35,336 nt of DNA from the IMG/VR virus record IMGVR_UViG_3300040771_000227, one strand, 5' to 3'. The notes under the pieces were generated by a model. That model saw only the letters and a program-made list of their open reading frames with translations, made no database searches and was not told the DNA's origin. Source of the stretch: a virus. This document shows positions 1 to 8,365 of this stretch, piece by piece. The position numbers and the translations under genes are program-made. Numbering within the stretch: the stretch's first letter is position 1; each line of letters opens with the position of its first letter.

Positions 1-54
1 TTTCAAACGATAACGCTTGGCGTAAAAATAAGCGCGAAATAATGGAACTAAAAG
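1..54. repeat. Terminal direct repeat copy 1 (identical to 35283..35336); circular-assembly overlap
   Basis: Read directly: nt 1..54 (tttcaaacgataacgcttgg...aatggaactaaaag) are identical to the last 54 nt of the window. Confidence 0.95.
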
Positions 55-827
55 ATATATTAAAAAAGCTAAACGAGAACCAAGACGAAATTTATTCTGT
101 CTTATGTTCTGTCGTTGAAGTTGACGAAAATCAAAGGACTATTCACGCCAAGCCGCTGAACGGGTCCGCCGAAATTTTTGACGTTAGGCTTCAAACCATG
201 CTTTCGGGCGTCATTGGCGTGGTTACGTTTCCAAAAATAGGTTCTGACGTAATAGTTAACTTTATTTCAAAAGAAGTCGCTTATATCGCTTTAAATAGCG
301 AAATTGAAAAAATTCAATTAAATATCGGTGCAATGTCTTTTTTTGTCGATGCTACGAACGCGAACTTGGACGTCGAAAACGTTCACGCGACCGTAACGAA
401 TACAATATTAGACAGCGAAAACGTCGAAGTTAACGCCAGCGCGACGAAATTCGTTTCGACTTCGTTCGAAATTGAAGGCCAAACTTTTAAAATTACCGGA
501 ACCGCCGCCGACATTATAGCGACAGCGATAAACATGAACGGGGCCGTTATAATAACAGGGGCCACAACGATAACGGGCGCCGTTTCTGTCGCTGGTTCTA
601 TGGCCTTGAACGGCGGTGCAAACGGCGGCGTTCCAAAAGGCGCTTCTTTAGCTAATGAATTCAATAAAATAAAAGAGGATTTAAAAGAATTAAAAGCTAA
701 ATTTACCGGCTGGACGCCTGTTAATAATGACGGCGGCGCGGCCTTAAAAACGAGGCTTTCGGCTTGGTCGCCGGACGTTACGCCAATAGTCGCCGAAAAT
801 ATAACGAATTCACAAAACACGCACTAA
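42..827 (+). CDS. Baseplate central spike protein (P2 gpV / Mu gp45-like)
   Basis: N-terminal OB-like segment (SVLCSVVEVDENQRTIHAKPLNG..DVRLQ). It is followed by Ala/Thr/Gly/Val/Asn-rich strands (NVHATVTNTILDSENVEVNASAT, ITGATTITGAVSVAG) typical of a beta-helical needle. Follows the hub-like gene across the circular junction, and the ATG overlaps the upstream stop (TAATG). Confidence 0.6.
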   Translation: MELKDILKKLNENQDEIYSVLCSVVEVDENQRTIHAKPLNGSAEIFDVRLQTMLSGVIGVVTFPKIGSDVIVNFISKEVAYIALNSEIEKIQLNIGAMSFFVDATNANLDVENVHATVTNTILDSENVEVNASATKFVSTSFEIEGQTFKITGTAADIIATAINMNGAVIITGATTITGAVSVAGSMALNGGANGGVPKGASLANEFNKIKEDLKELKAKFTGWTPVNNDGGAALKTRLSAWSPDVTPIVAENITNSQNTH

Positions 828-1121
828 ATGGACCCCGTAAAAGACATAAAATTTATTGAAGACCTCGTTATTTTGAACGGTGACTTTCAGCTTTTCGAAA
901 GCGACGAAACTCACATTGAAAACATATTAAAAGCGAATAAAGGCTTCTTTTTTGAAACGCCTTTAATTGGTTTAGGAATAGTAAACGAATTAAAAGGCTC
1001 GAAAAATGTTCAGGAGTTAAAACAGGACGTAAGACGTCAGTTAATAATGGACAATTTTAACGTTCAGTTAATCCAAATAAGCGAAGGCAGTATTGACATA
1101 AAGGCTAAAAGGTTAAGATAA
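828..1121 (+). CDS. Small baseplate wedge protein, gp25/gpW-like (putative)
   Basis: 97 aa, immediately after the spike gene as in P2 (V-W) and Mu (gp45-gp46). The pattern DLVILNGDFQL..D..HIENILKANKGFFFETPLIGLGI resembles the gp25/W family. Recognised by eye only. Confidence 0.4.
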   Translation: MDPVKDIKFIEDLVILNGDFQLFESDETHIENILKANKGFFFETPLIGLGIVNELKGSKNVQELKQDVRRQLIMDNFNVQLIQISEGSIDIKAKRLR

Positions 1122-1411
1122 TGGCAAAAATAATAATAGTTGAAAATCAAAGCGTTTTAGACGTTGTCACGCAATACCTTGGAACGCTTGAAGCCTCTTT
1201 TGCATTTTGTATTGAAAATAATATTTCACTAACGGACGACTTAACTTCAAACGAAAAAGTCGAAATTACAAAAACAAAAGAAAATGTTTCTTTAGTTTCC
1301 GATTATTTCGCCGAAAAGAAAAAGGACTTGGCCACCGGATACCCTTTAATTTTTCCTGATCAATTAGGTATTGGAACAATGACGCTCGAACAAACATTTA
1401 TAGTTGATTAA
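1121..1411 (+). CDS. Hypothetical tail-module protein, possibly LysM-like (P2 gpX-like)
   Basis: 96 aa; the ATG overlaps the upstream stop (TAATG). IIVENQSVLDVVTQYLGTLEASFAFCIENNISLTDDL has LysM-like spacing. Weak call. Confidence 0.3.
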   Translation: MAKIIIVENQSVLDVVTQYLGTLEASFAFCIENNISLTDDLTSNEKVEITKTKENVSLVSDYFAEKKKDLATGYPLIFPDQLGIGTMTLEQTFIVD

Positions 1412-1422
1412 AATAAAATAAA

Positions 1423-3900
1423 ATGGCAAAAAAACCTATTGATATATTAAAAACGTATTTTGAAACCGGCGACGTACCAACACAAGTACAATTTTCGGAC
1501 CTTATAGACAGTTTTTTCCATAAAGACAGCGGAATAAACATCGAAAACGTTGCTGGACTTTCTGAAGCTTTGCAAGAACTTGAAAACCTTCAAATAGGCG
1601 ACATTGAAGGTCTTCAGCTAGCGCTTAGTAATTTAGCGAATATTGAAATAACCGACGTTTCAGGTTTACAATACGCTTTAAATCAACTAACTACTAGACA
1701 AATTTCCGACATTACAGGGCTTACCGAAGCTTTACAGGATTTTAATAATAGGATTTCAGACATACAAAATAACTTCGTACAAAAAGACGGTGCAAAAGTG
1801 CTTTCTGAAATTAATTATAGCGTTTCAGAAAAAGAAAAAGTTGACGGCGCTTTACAAAAAGACGGCTTTATAGGTTCCGCAAGAACCTTAGACGACAAAA
1901 TTAACGCCTTGGTTATCGCTGATTATGCCAAAATTGTTTACTTCAATACCTTAGAACCTGAAGACGCGACGATTTTCGACATAGTGAACCCGCCGTTATT
2001 AAATGACAACGAATTGACTTTTGACGACGGGAATTTATATATAAGCGCTGTCGATTTGTTAACGTGGGTATTTAATTCGAATACAGGAAACTATGAAACA
2101 AAAACTGTTATAAACGGCGGTTCAAATTTCGTTTTTGAAGGCAGTACGACCGACGCGACAAACGATAAGGCGGCCGATATTTCAAGGACGGGACGAATAG
2201 CGGCGGGACTTGCTACGTTAGGCGGTCACTTGGTCAATATGACTTGGATTTTATCAAACTTTTTTTCTTACGTTCCGGCGAAAGCAACGGCGCTTGTCGA
2301 TACTGACGTTTTGGTTATAGGCGACAGCGCCGACGCTCTAAAGACAAAGACTAGAACTTTCGCGCAAATAAAAGCGACTTTAAAGACTTATTTTGATACG
2401 CTTTATATAACTGCAAATATAAACTCAAGCAATTTTACTAAAAACTTGTCAGTAACCGACAACACTTTGCAAAAAGTAGCTAACAAGGTCGACGCGCTTA
2501 ATTTAGGGGCGGAATCGACAGCACCAACAGTTTCGGCAATTTATGCAGATATTGCTTCAATGATAGCGGCGCGAAGTTCTCAGTCGCCGAACGCTTTTTA
2601 CAAAGTAGACGACGCCAGCGCCGACCCTACGATCACAAGCGGAAAAGCCGTTTATCAATATTTAGGAACAACGTCCGGCACGCTAAATGACTATGACCTT
2701 ATTTGGAAATTAGATGGAAATGTAGTTTCCGGTGAAAACTTACCAACTGAAGGACTTGATTCCGGATTATATTTTAGAGTAGACAAAAACAACAGGCGCT
2801 TGCTAATGCAGTACAACGGCGCCGAATGGGACCCGATAAGGTCTTTTGGTGAAATGAAAATATGGGTTAGTACTTTAGGACAAGATAATATAAATTTTGG
2901 TGATGGTTCTGGTATTAAAGCATTTAGAACAATAGTCTTTGCGGTTAAACAAATTCCGCCGCAATATTACGGTGATGTTACTGTAATAGTGCAAGCGGGT
3001 ACTTATAATGAATCAGTTTATGTAAACGGGAAAAACCCCGTTGGTGATTTTAAAATAAAATTTAAAGGCGAATATTCTTCAATAACCGGAACCATAACAG
3101 CAATTACAAGGGACACGACAACCGGAAGAATTACAATTACAGACAGTTCAAAATCTTTTGCAGGTAGCGCGCAAAAAAATAATTTTTTACACATTACAAA
3201 CGGAATAAATAACGGGTGTATAATGCCAATTATTCAAAACACGACGAATCAAATGACATGCCCGTTTGAAGAATGGTCTTACAGAAAAGATTCTTTTTCT
3301 AGTACTCAAAATATTTTGTTTGGCGTTTGTTCAGTAGGAAATACTTATGAAATAATGACGCCAACTACACTTATAAACGGGTTTATTTTTTCAAAAGGAA
3401 CTTTAATAAGTATTGAAACAATGAGGTTTACAAGTTCTTCAATTGCGGCAAATTATGGGGCTTTCATAGGGAATGCAATGCAGTTTAATGTATTAGGAAA
3501 CGCAGATTCGAGATTTCAAGCTCAAAATGGGGCCTCGATGGCTTTAAATAGCTGCTCGTTGTGGAGTGATTCGCCCCTTACTTCTTGGGTATTATTTCAA
3601 GTTAATGCCTCTAATTTTGATATGGTTTCATGTAGTTTGACGCCGAACACAAATTTTTCAAACGGTGCGCTTTTATATTGGTTAGGATCTACGGGCGTAA
3701 TTCAAGGAACTACATTATTGGGAAAAATAGAGATTGCGACTAATTCAAGTGTTGGTTTTGGATGGAGTCCGTCGACGACTTCAACAATCACAACGACGGT
3801 TGTTAGGTCTTCAGCGGTGGCACAGAGATTAATGACTGTGCAAACAATAGGAACAAAAACAATTGAATCTTCGTCTTTTGGGGTAGGAACAACTGAATAA
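1423..3900 (+). CDS. Tail fibre / tailspike with N-terminal tandem repeats and a C-terminal right-handed beta-helix (depolymerase-like) domain
   Basis: 825 aa. The N-terminus has FETGDVPTQVQFSDLIDS followed by four I-x-[DN]-[IV]-x-G-L-x-x-A-L repeats (aa 38-117). The C-terminal half starts with WVSTLGQDNINFGDGSGIKAFRTIVFAVKQIPP..DVTVIVQAGTYNESVYV, the usual entry motif of pectin-lyase-fold domains, followed by Asn/Ser/Thr/Gly-rich strands. Confidence 0.7.
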   Translation: MAKKPIDILKTYFETGDVPTQVQFSDLIDSFFHKDSGINIENVAGLSEALQELENLQIGDIEGLQLALSNLANIEITDVSGLQYALNQLTTRQISDITGLTEALQDFNNRISDIQNNFVQKDGAKVLSEINYSVSEKEKVDGALQKDGFIGSARTLDDKINALVIADYAKIVYFNTLEPEDATIFDIVNPPLLNDNELTFDDGNLYISAVDLLTWVFNSNTGNYETKTVINGGSNFVFEGSTTDATNDKAADISRTGRIAAGLATLGGHLVNMTWILSNFFSYVPAKATALVDTDVLVIGDSADALKTKTRTFAQIKATLKTYFDTLYITANINSSNFTKNLSVTDNTLQKVANKVDALNLGAESTAPTVSAIYADIASMIAARSSQSPNAFYKVDDASADPTITSGKAVYQYLGTTSGTLNDYDLIWKLDGNVVSGENLPTEGLDSGLYFRVDKNNRRLLMQYNGAEWDPIRSFGEMKIWVSTLGQDNINFGDGSGIKAFRTIVFAVKQIPPQYYGDVTVIVQAGTYNESVYVNGKNPVGDFKIKFKGEYSSITGTITAITRDTTTGRITITDSSKSFAGSAQKNNFLHITNGINNGCIMPIIQNTTNQMTCPFEEWSYRKDSFSSTQNILFGVCSVGNTYEIMTPTTLINGFIFSKGTLISIETMRFTSSSIAANYGAFIGNAMQFNVLGNADSRFQAQNGASMALNSCSLWSDSPLTSWVLFQVNASNFDMVSCSLTPNTNFSNGALLYWLGSTGVIQGTTLLGKIEIATNSSVGFGWSPSTTSTITTTVVRSSAVAQRLMTVQTIGTKTIESSSFGVGTTE

Positions 3901-3911
3901 AAAATAAAATA

Positions 3912-4433
3912 ATGAGATACGCAAAAAAACAAATTGAAGGTATAGTAGTATATAATGAATTACCGGAACCTTATAAGAATTATTATGATTTTAAAAATGA
4001 AAAGCCTGAAATTATAGAGGCGGAAGGATTTTTGGAATTAATTGAAAATGATTTGATTGAAGGGGAAAAATACGGCGAAATATACCAAAAAGAGAATAAA
4101 TATTACAAATCAGTAATTAACATTGATCAAGAATCTTTTGAAAAGTCATTGGAAGAAGAAAAGCAATGGTATTTAAAAAGAAAATCAGATGGAGAAAATG
4201 CATATTTAAAACTAAGCGCTGAATTTCGTTTAGCTAAGTTATCGGGGCAAATAAGTGAGGCAATACATTCTTATTTAGAGGAATTACTAACGCCTGTCAG
4301 AAATGAGGTTATGTTTGGACAGTGGAAAAAAGGACTTTCTATTTTGGAAGATCTTGGTTTTTCTCAGATAGGAGAAGATTTATATAATAAGCTTCACTTG
4401 CAAATAACTATATACATAAATGAAAACTATTAG
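3912..4433 (+). CDS. Hypothetical protein (possible fibre assembly/chaperone by position)
   Basis: 173-aa acidic ORF directly downstream of the large fibre gene. No recognisable motif. Confidence 0.5.
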   Translation: MRYAKKQIEGIVVYNELPEPYKNYYDFKNEKPEIIEAEGFLELIENDLIEGEKYGEIYQKENKYYKSVINIDQESFEKSLEEEKQWYLKRKSDGENAYLKLSAEFRLAKLSGQISEAIHSYLEELLTPVRNEVMFGQWKKGLSILEDLGFSQIGEDLYNKLHLQITIYINENY

Positions 4434-4460
4434 TAATTAAAATATACATATCTTTACCAA

Positions 4461-5330
4461 ATGGCACGAACAATAAACGAAATACAAGAAACAATTTTAA
4501 ACAGAAAAGCGGTGACGCCTTCGCTGTCGCCTTTAGAAGTTTTAACCTTAAGCGAACAAAATTCATTAACAAATTTAACAAGTACTTCAAAAGTATCTAT
4601 TTGGCGCCTTTGGGTCTATATTGTGGCTTTTACAGTTTGGACCTTAGAAAAAATTTATGATACATTTAAGATTGAAATTGAAGAAACTATTGCTTTGAAC
4701 CAAATCGGAACGCCGTCTTGGTATCGAACAAAAATGCTTCAGTTTCAGTTAGGTTTTGAGTTAACCAATATGGGAACTTATGACAATACAAACGAATTGC
4801 AGTCAGTTGTTTTAGCTAGCAAAATTATAAAGCAATCAGTAGTCGAAGAACTAGGCGGCCGCCTTCGGATAAAAGTCGCTACGGTCATAAACGGTGAACT
4901 TTCGCCGCTGTCTTGGCCTCAAATAACGGCTTTTATTGAATACGCCGAAAAAATAAAATACGCCGGAACGCGTTTAATTTTCGTTTCAAGGAACGCCGAC
5001 GACTTTAAAACAAATTATACAATTTACTATGACCCTTTAATTTTGGACGCTTACGGTCAAAGATTAGACGGAACCAACAACGAACCCGTTCAGGACGCAA
5101 TAAAGGAATATTTAAAAAATTTAGAATTCAACGGCGAATTTATAAATACAAAATTGACCGACTTTTTGCAAGGCGTTGAAGGCGTAAAGGAACCCGTAAA
5201 AAACGCCTCTTTTGCTAAATACGGCGCTTTTCCTTATGTAGAAATTAACGAATTTTATATTGCTGACGCTGGTTATATGAAGTTAGACATGATTAACACA
5301 ACTATTCAATTTTTAGCACGTGGATTATAA
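4461..5330 (+). CDS. Baseplate wedge protein, gpJ / Mu gp47-like (putative)
   Basis: 289 aa. The N-terminal pattern (TINEIQETIL...LTSTSKVSIWRLWVYIVAFTVWTLEKIYDTFKIEIEETIA) resembles baseplate-J family proteins. Followed by a gpI-like ORF and a collar-domain fibre, as in P2/Mu. Confidence 0.45.
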   Translation: MARTINEIQETILNRKAVTPSLSPLEVLTLSEQNSLTNLTSTSKVSIWRLWVYIVAFTVWTLEKIYDTFKIEIEETIALNQIGTPSWYRTKMLQFQLGFELTNMGTYDNTNELQSVVLASKIIKQSVVEELGGRLRIKVATVINGELSPLSWPQITAFIEYAEKIKYAGTRLIFVSRNADDFKTNYTIYYDPLILDAYGQRLDGTNNEPVQDAIKEYLKNLEFNGEFINTKLTDFLQGVEGVKEPVKNASFAKYGAFPYVEINEFYIADAGYMKLDMINTTIQFLARGL

Positions 5331-5817
5331 GAAACCTTTAACCGTGGATATACAAAAATTGGCGTTATTATTAACGCCTGTTTTTTGGCGAAGAACAACT
5401 TTCATTGAATTTATTTATTGTTTAGTCGACCCCATAAAAAAACTTAATTCTGAATTCATAAGTTTTAGAGAAAAGTCTATTTACAAAATAGTGCATAACG
5501 GTCAAGTAATTCTTTTAGAGAAGGTTTTAAACGATGCTTTTGACAAGTTCGACCGAAGGATTTACATTACAGACAGCGTCCAAAACGAGCCTCTGTACTT
5601 GCATTCCACACAAGAGCAAAGGCCCGTTTATATAGGCGAAAAAACACTTTTTAATTTCGGTTCGTTCGACGCGGCAAATTATGAGTTTATTGTAATAATG
5701 CCTGTCGAATTAAAACCGGTTTTTTTATTTGATTTGCTTAACTTTGAAAACAGAATTAAAACTTCGGTTAATTATTATAAATTAGCCTCTAAACGATACG
5801 TAATACAATGGATTTAA
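5320..5817 (+). CDS. Baseplate protein, gpI / Mu gp48-like (putative)
   Basis: 165 aa; GTG start overlapping the upstream gene end. Lies between the J-like gene and a fibre gene. Functional call rests on position. Confidence 0.4.
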   Translation: MDYKKPLTVDIQKLALLLTPVFWRRTTFIEFIYCLVDPIKKLNSEFISFREKSIYKIVHNGQVILLEKVLNDAFDKFDRRIYITDSVQNEPLYLHSTQEQRPVYIGEKTLFNFGSFDAANYEFIVIMPVELKPVFLFDLLNFENRIKTSVNYYKLASKRYVIQWI

Positions 5818-6677
5818 TTAAACTTTTTTCGGGCGGGTTCCCTATGACAATAGAGACGCTTAGTTTTTTACAAGATGCTTACAGTAAGCCAATAAAAGCG
5901 CTTTCAAAATTGGCCGGCGAAAACACAATTTTAGAAGGGATTAAAGAGGTCGGTGGCGTTGCCCCGCAAGGCTGGTTTATTCGAAACGGCGAACCGGTAT
6001 TTTTTAAAGCTTCGGCTTTAGCCGGCGGAACGGTCCGCATAATCGATAAAACTTCAAAGGTCCCTTATAATGAAGACTTAAACGCTGACGGAAATTTAGA
6101 CCTTAAAGACGCTTACGTTTCAAGGTATGCGACAACAGACGCGGGCGTTTTGCAAGCCGACGAAGTCGAAGTTGTTAGTTTTCCTTTTACTGATCTAAAG
6201 CCAATAAATAGCTTTAAGGATTTATTGCCAATAGGTTCGGCGATACTTTGGTTCGATCCTTTAAGCGTTCCGGCTGGTTACAGAATAATGGACGGAACCG
6301 GCGGCGACATCGTTAGGCTTTCAGGAACTGCAAAAGCATACGACTTAAGGGACAAGTTTGTAAAAATGGCCGGTATTGAGGGCGTGGCCAACACAACGGC
6401 CGGCGCTAGAACAAAAACATTAGTTCCGGCAAACTTACCGCCTCATAATCACAGCATAGCCGAGCAAATTATATATAGACTCTTTGGAACCGGAGGCGCA
6501 AGGTCCGACGGCGGTAACGATTACCTTAAAACGACAGACACAGACGGAAATAGGTCCAATAAAGGCTATATTATTCCAGCAACAACGACTAGCAGCGGAA
6601 CCGGATTAACTTCGACGCCTTTAAATATAGAGCCTTCGCACTATATAGCTATTTGGATTCAATATATAGGCCTTTAA
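5808..6677 (+). CDS. Tail fibre protein with phage tail-collar domain
   Basis: The C-terminal half has the tail-collar signature: LLPIGSAILWFDPLSVPAGYRIMDGTGG ... YDLRDKFVKMAG ... LVPANLPPHNHS. Confidence 0.7.
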   Translation: MDLIKLFSGGFPMTIETLSFLQDAYSKPIKALSKLAGENTILEGIKEVGGVAPQGWFIRNGEPVFFKASALAGGTVRIIDKTSKVPYNEDLNADGNLDLKDAYVSRYATTDAGVLQADEVEVVSFPFTDLKPINSFKDLLPIGSAILWFDPLSVPAGYRIMDGTGGDIVRLSGTAKAYDLRDKFVKMAGIEGVANTTAGARTKTLVPANLPPHNHSIAEQIIYRLFGTGGARSDGGNDYLKTTDTDGNRSNKGYIIPATTTSSGTGLTSTPLNIEPSHYIAIWIQYIGL

Positions 6678-6679
6678 TT

Positions 6680-6952
6680 ATGAATACCTTTATCGCAAAA
6701 AATTGGGAATTTATAGTTGGCGTTATCGGTTCGCTTGGTATCTTCTTCAGTGGTTTAAAGCTGAAATTTCACAACGAAAAGACGACAGAACTCGAAAACC
6801 TAAAGACCGTCAGAATTATAGAAAAAGACCTTCTAAACGACATGAAAATTCAAATTGAAGAACTTGTTAAACTAAACAATTATTTAAAAGACATCGTTGA
6901 AGTTCAGACAAAACAGCTTTCGAAATATCAAAAGCAATACGGCGAAATATAA
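6680..6952 (+). CDS. Holin-like single-pass membrane protein
   Basis: 90 aa from the ATG at 6680 (3 nt after the upstream stop). One TM segment (WEFIVGVIGSLGIFFSGL), then a charged coiled-coil tail. Immediately upstream of the endolysin. Confidence 0.5.
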   Translation: MNTFIAKNWEFIVGVIGSLGIFFSGLKLKFHNEKTTELENLKTVRIIEKDLLNDMKIQIEELVKLNNYLKDIVEVQTKQLSKYQKQYGEI

Positions 6953-6970
6953 ATAAACAAATAAATAAAA

Positions 6971-7561
6971 ATGAAGAACAAAACAATTGTTATCGATGCT
7001 GGTCACGGCGGCGTAATTAACGGAATACCACAAACAGCCGGAAAAAGGTCGCCGGACTTCGGAAAAGGTATTTTATATGAAGGCGTAACAAACCGACAAA
7101 TCGCAAAAAAATTAATTGCTTTACTTGTTAAAGCTGGAATTCCTGTTGTTGAATTGGTTCCGGAAATTATAGACGTTTCGCTGGGTGAACGCGTTCGACG
7201 AACCAATAAGATAAAAGACGCCGTTTTAATTAGCTTACATTCGAACGCCGGCGACCCGAAGGCGTCCGGCTTCGAAATATTCACGACAAAAGGCCAAAAT
7301 AATTCCGACCCTATCGCTGAAGCTATTTTTCAAGAAATGAAGAAAGCGTTTCCAAACTCTAAATTCAGGAGCGACAACGCCGACGGCGACAACGACAAAG
7401 AAGAAGATTTTTTTATAATTAAAAACGTCAATTGTCCAGCCGTTTTAGTTGAAAATTTTTTTATGACAAATAAAGAAGACTATCTTATTTTAATGTCCGA
7501 AGACGGTCAAAACAAAATAGCGAAAGCGACCTTTGAAGCAATAAAAAAAATACTTTTATGA
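6971..7561 (+). CDS. N-acetylmuramoyl-L-alanine amidase (Amidase_3 family) endolysin
   Basis: Amidase_3 motifs: IVIDAGHGG (Zn His), GERVRR, LISLHSNAG (Zn His), GFEIFT, PAVLVENFFMTN. Confidence 0.9.
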   Translation: MKNKTIVIDAGHGGVINGIPQTAGKRSPDFGKGILYEGVTNRQIAKKLIALLVKAGIPVVELVPEIIDVSLGERVRRTNKIKDAVLISLHSNAGDPKASGFEIFTTKGQNNSDPIAEAIFQEMKKAFPNSKFRSDNADGDNDKEEDFFIIKNVNCPAVLVENFFMTNKEDYLILMSEDGQNKIAKATFEAIKKILL

Positions 7562-7926
7562 TTAGTTACATTAAATCATTTTTAAAGACATACAGGGTTT
7601 ATATTTTTCTTTTCGTCTTGCTTTGGGCCGTTCTTATAGTCATGCAGTTTTACGTTATTTCACCATTAAAACAAGACAATAAAAGACAGAAAACCGAAGT
7701 TAAAAAGCTGGAAAAAGAAAATACAGACTTATATAAAACGATCCTTGAAAACGACGCTTTAATTATAATTAAAGAAAAGAGAATTTTAAAACTTGAAGCT
7801 TTGGAAAAATACTATAAAAATAAAGCTTCAGAAACACATGTAATTTATGAAAAAGAAAAAACTTCTTATGTTGGCCGTTCTGTTAGTGAGCGCCGTCTCG
7901 CTTTCGCAAAACTCGCAAACGAATAG
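7558..7926 (+). CDS. i-spanin-like type II membrane protein
   Basis: ATGA overlap with the amidase stop. N-terminal TM (VYIFLFVLLWAVLIVMQFYVI) followed by a charged coiled-coil region (KRQKTEVKKLEKENTDLYK...). Confidence 0.45.
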   Translation: MISYIKSFLKTYRVYIFLFVLLWAVLIVMQFYVISPLKQDNKRQKTEVKKLEKENTDLYKTILENDALIIIKEKRILKLEALEKYYKNKASETHVIYEKEKTSYVGRSVSERRLAFAKLANE

Positions 7927-8266
7927 AAAAGCGAATGACAGCGTAAAAGTATCTATTAAGGACTTGGACCGCGCCAGCTTCAAAATGATTGAAGGAAAAC
8001 AAGCGAAGGAAAAATTATATTATATTACTGGCGCGCTTTCGGCTTGTGATTCAATAGTAAAGCAGCAAAAAGAAAAATATAGCCTTCAAGAAATGAATTC
8101 GGCCGCTTTAAGACAACAAAACGAAAACTTGACCAAGATAGTCGAAGACGTTAAAATAATCGCTAAAAACGAAAAAAGCGCCGGATTAAGGCGCGGGTTT
8201 TTCGGATTTTTAAAAGGCGTCGGCGTTGGCGTTCTATTAACGAGCGCTTTTTTCCTGATCAATTAA
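7847..8266 (+). CDS. Secreted/membrane protein overlapping the i-spanin-like gene (non-canonical o- or u-spanin candidate)
   Basis: Starts in another frame inside the last 80 nt of the upstream gene. Has an N-terminal signal peptide (MKKKKLLMLAVLLVSAVSLSQ), a coiled-coil middle and a C-terminal TM (GVGVGVLLTSAFFLI). There is no Cys lipobox at the signal-peptide end. Confidence 0.4.
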   Translation: MKKKKLLMLAVLLVSAVSLSQNSQTNRKANDSVKVSIKDLDRASFKMIEGKQAKEKLYYITGALSACDSIVKQQKEKYSLQEMNSAALRQQNENLTKIVEDVKIIAKNEKSAGLRRGFFGFLKGVGVGVLLTSAFFLIN

Positions 8267-8280
8267 AGTTCTAATTCAAG

Positions 8281-8304
8281 GCCGAAGGCTTCGGCTAATT
8301 TTTT
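8281..8304 (+). terminator. Candidate terminator hairpin after the lysis cassette
   Basis: gccgaa-ggc-ttcggc (8281..8295) followed by taatttttt, in the convergent junction with the minus-strand block. It could instead lie inside a 44-aa minus-strand ORF (8263..8397). Confidence 0.35.
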
Positions 8305-8365
8305 AAGGTTCGGATTTTTTTTATTTAAACGATCAAATTTTTCTTTTACTGTTACAGGTTTTTTG

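Noticed and set aside
1-54. The 54-nt terminal repeat as a biological direct terminal repeat (DTR)
   Set aside because: It is short, exact, and cuts through a translationally coupled gene pair. That fits an assembler overlap on a circular or permuted genome better. True termini cannot be inferred from the sequence alone.
383-820. 145-aa antisense ORF inside the spike gene
   Set aside because: It lies entirely within, and antisense to, a gene with good spike features. The open frame is a by-product of the Ala/Thr/Gly/Val-rich codon repeats. No independent start context or promoter is present.
6653-6679. Upstream start (MDSIYRPLI) for the holin-like ORF
   Set aside because: It would overlap the fibre gene's last 25 nt. 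The ATG at 6680 follows the fibre stop by 3 nt and begins directly before the TM segment.
8036-8047. L-S-A-C lipobox-like tetrapeptide in the 139-aa spanin-like protein
   Set aside because: It lies about 65 residues into the protein, far beyond the N-terminal signal peptide, so it cannot act as a lipoprotein signal-peptidase II site.
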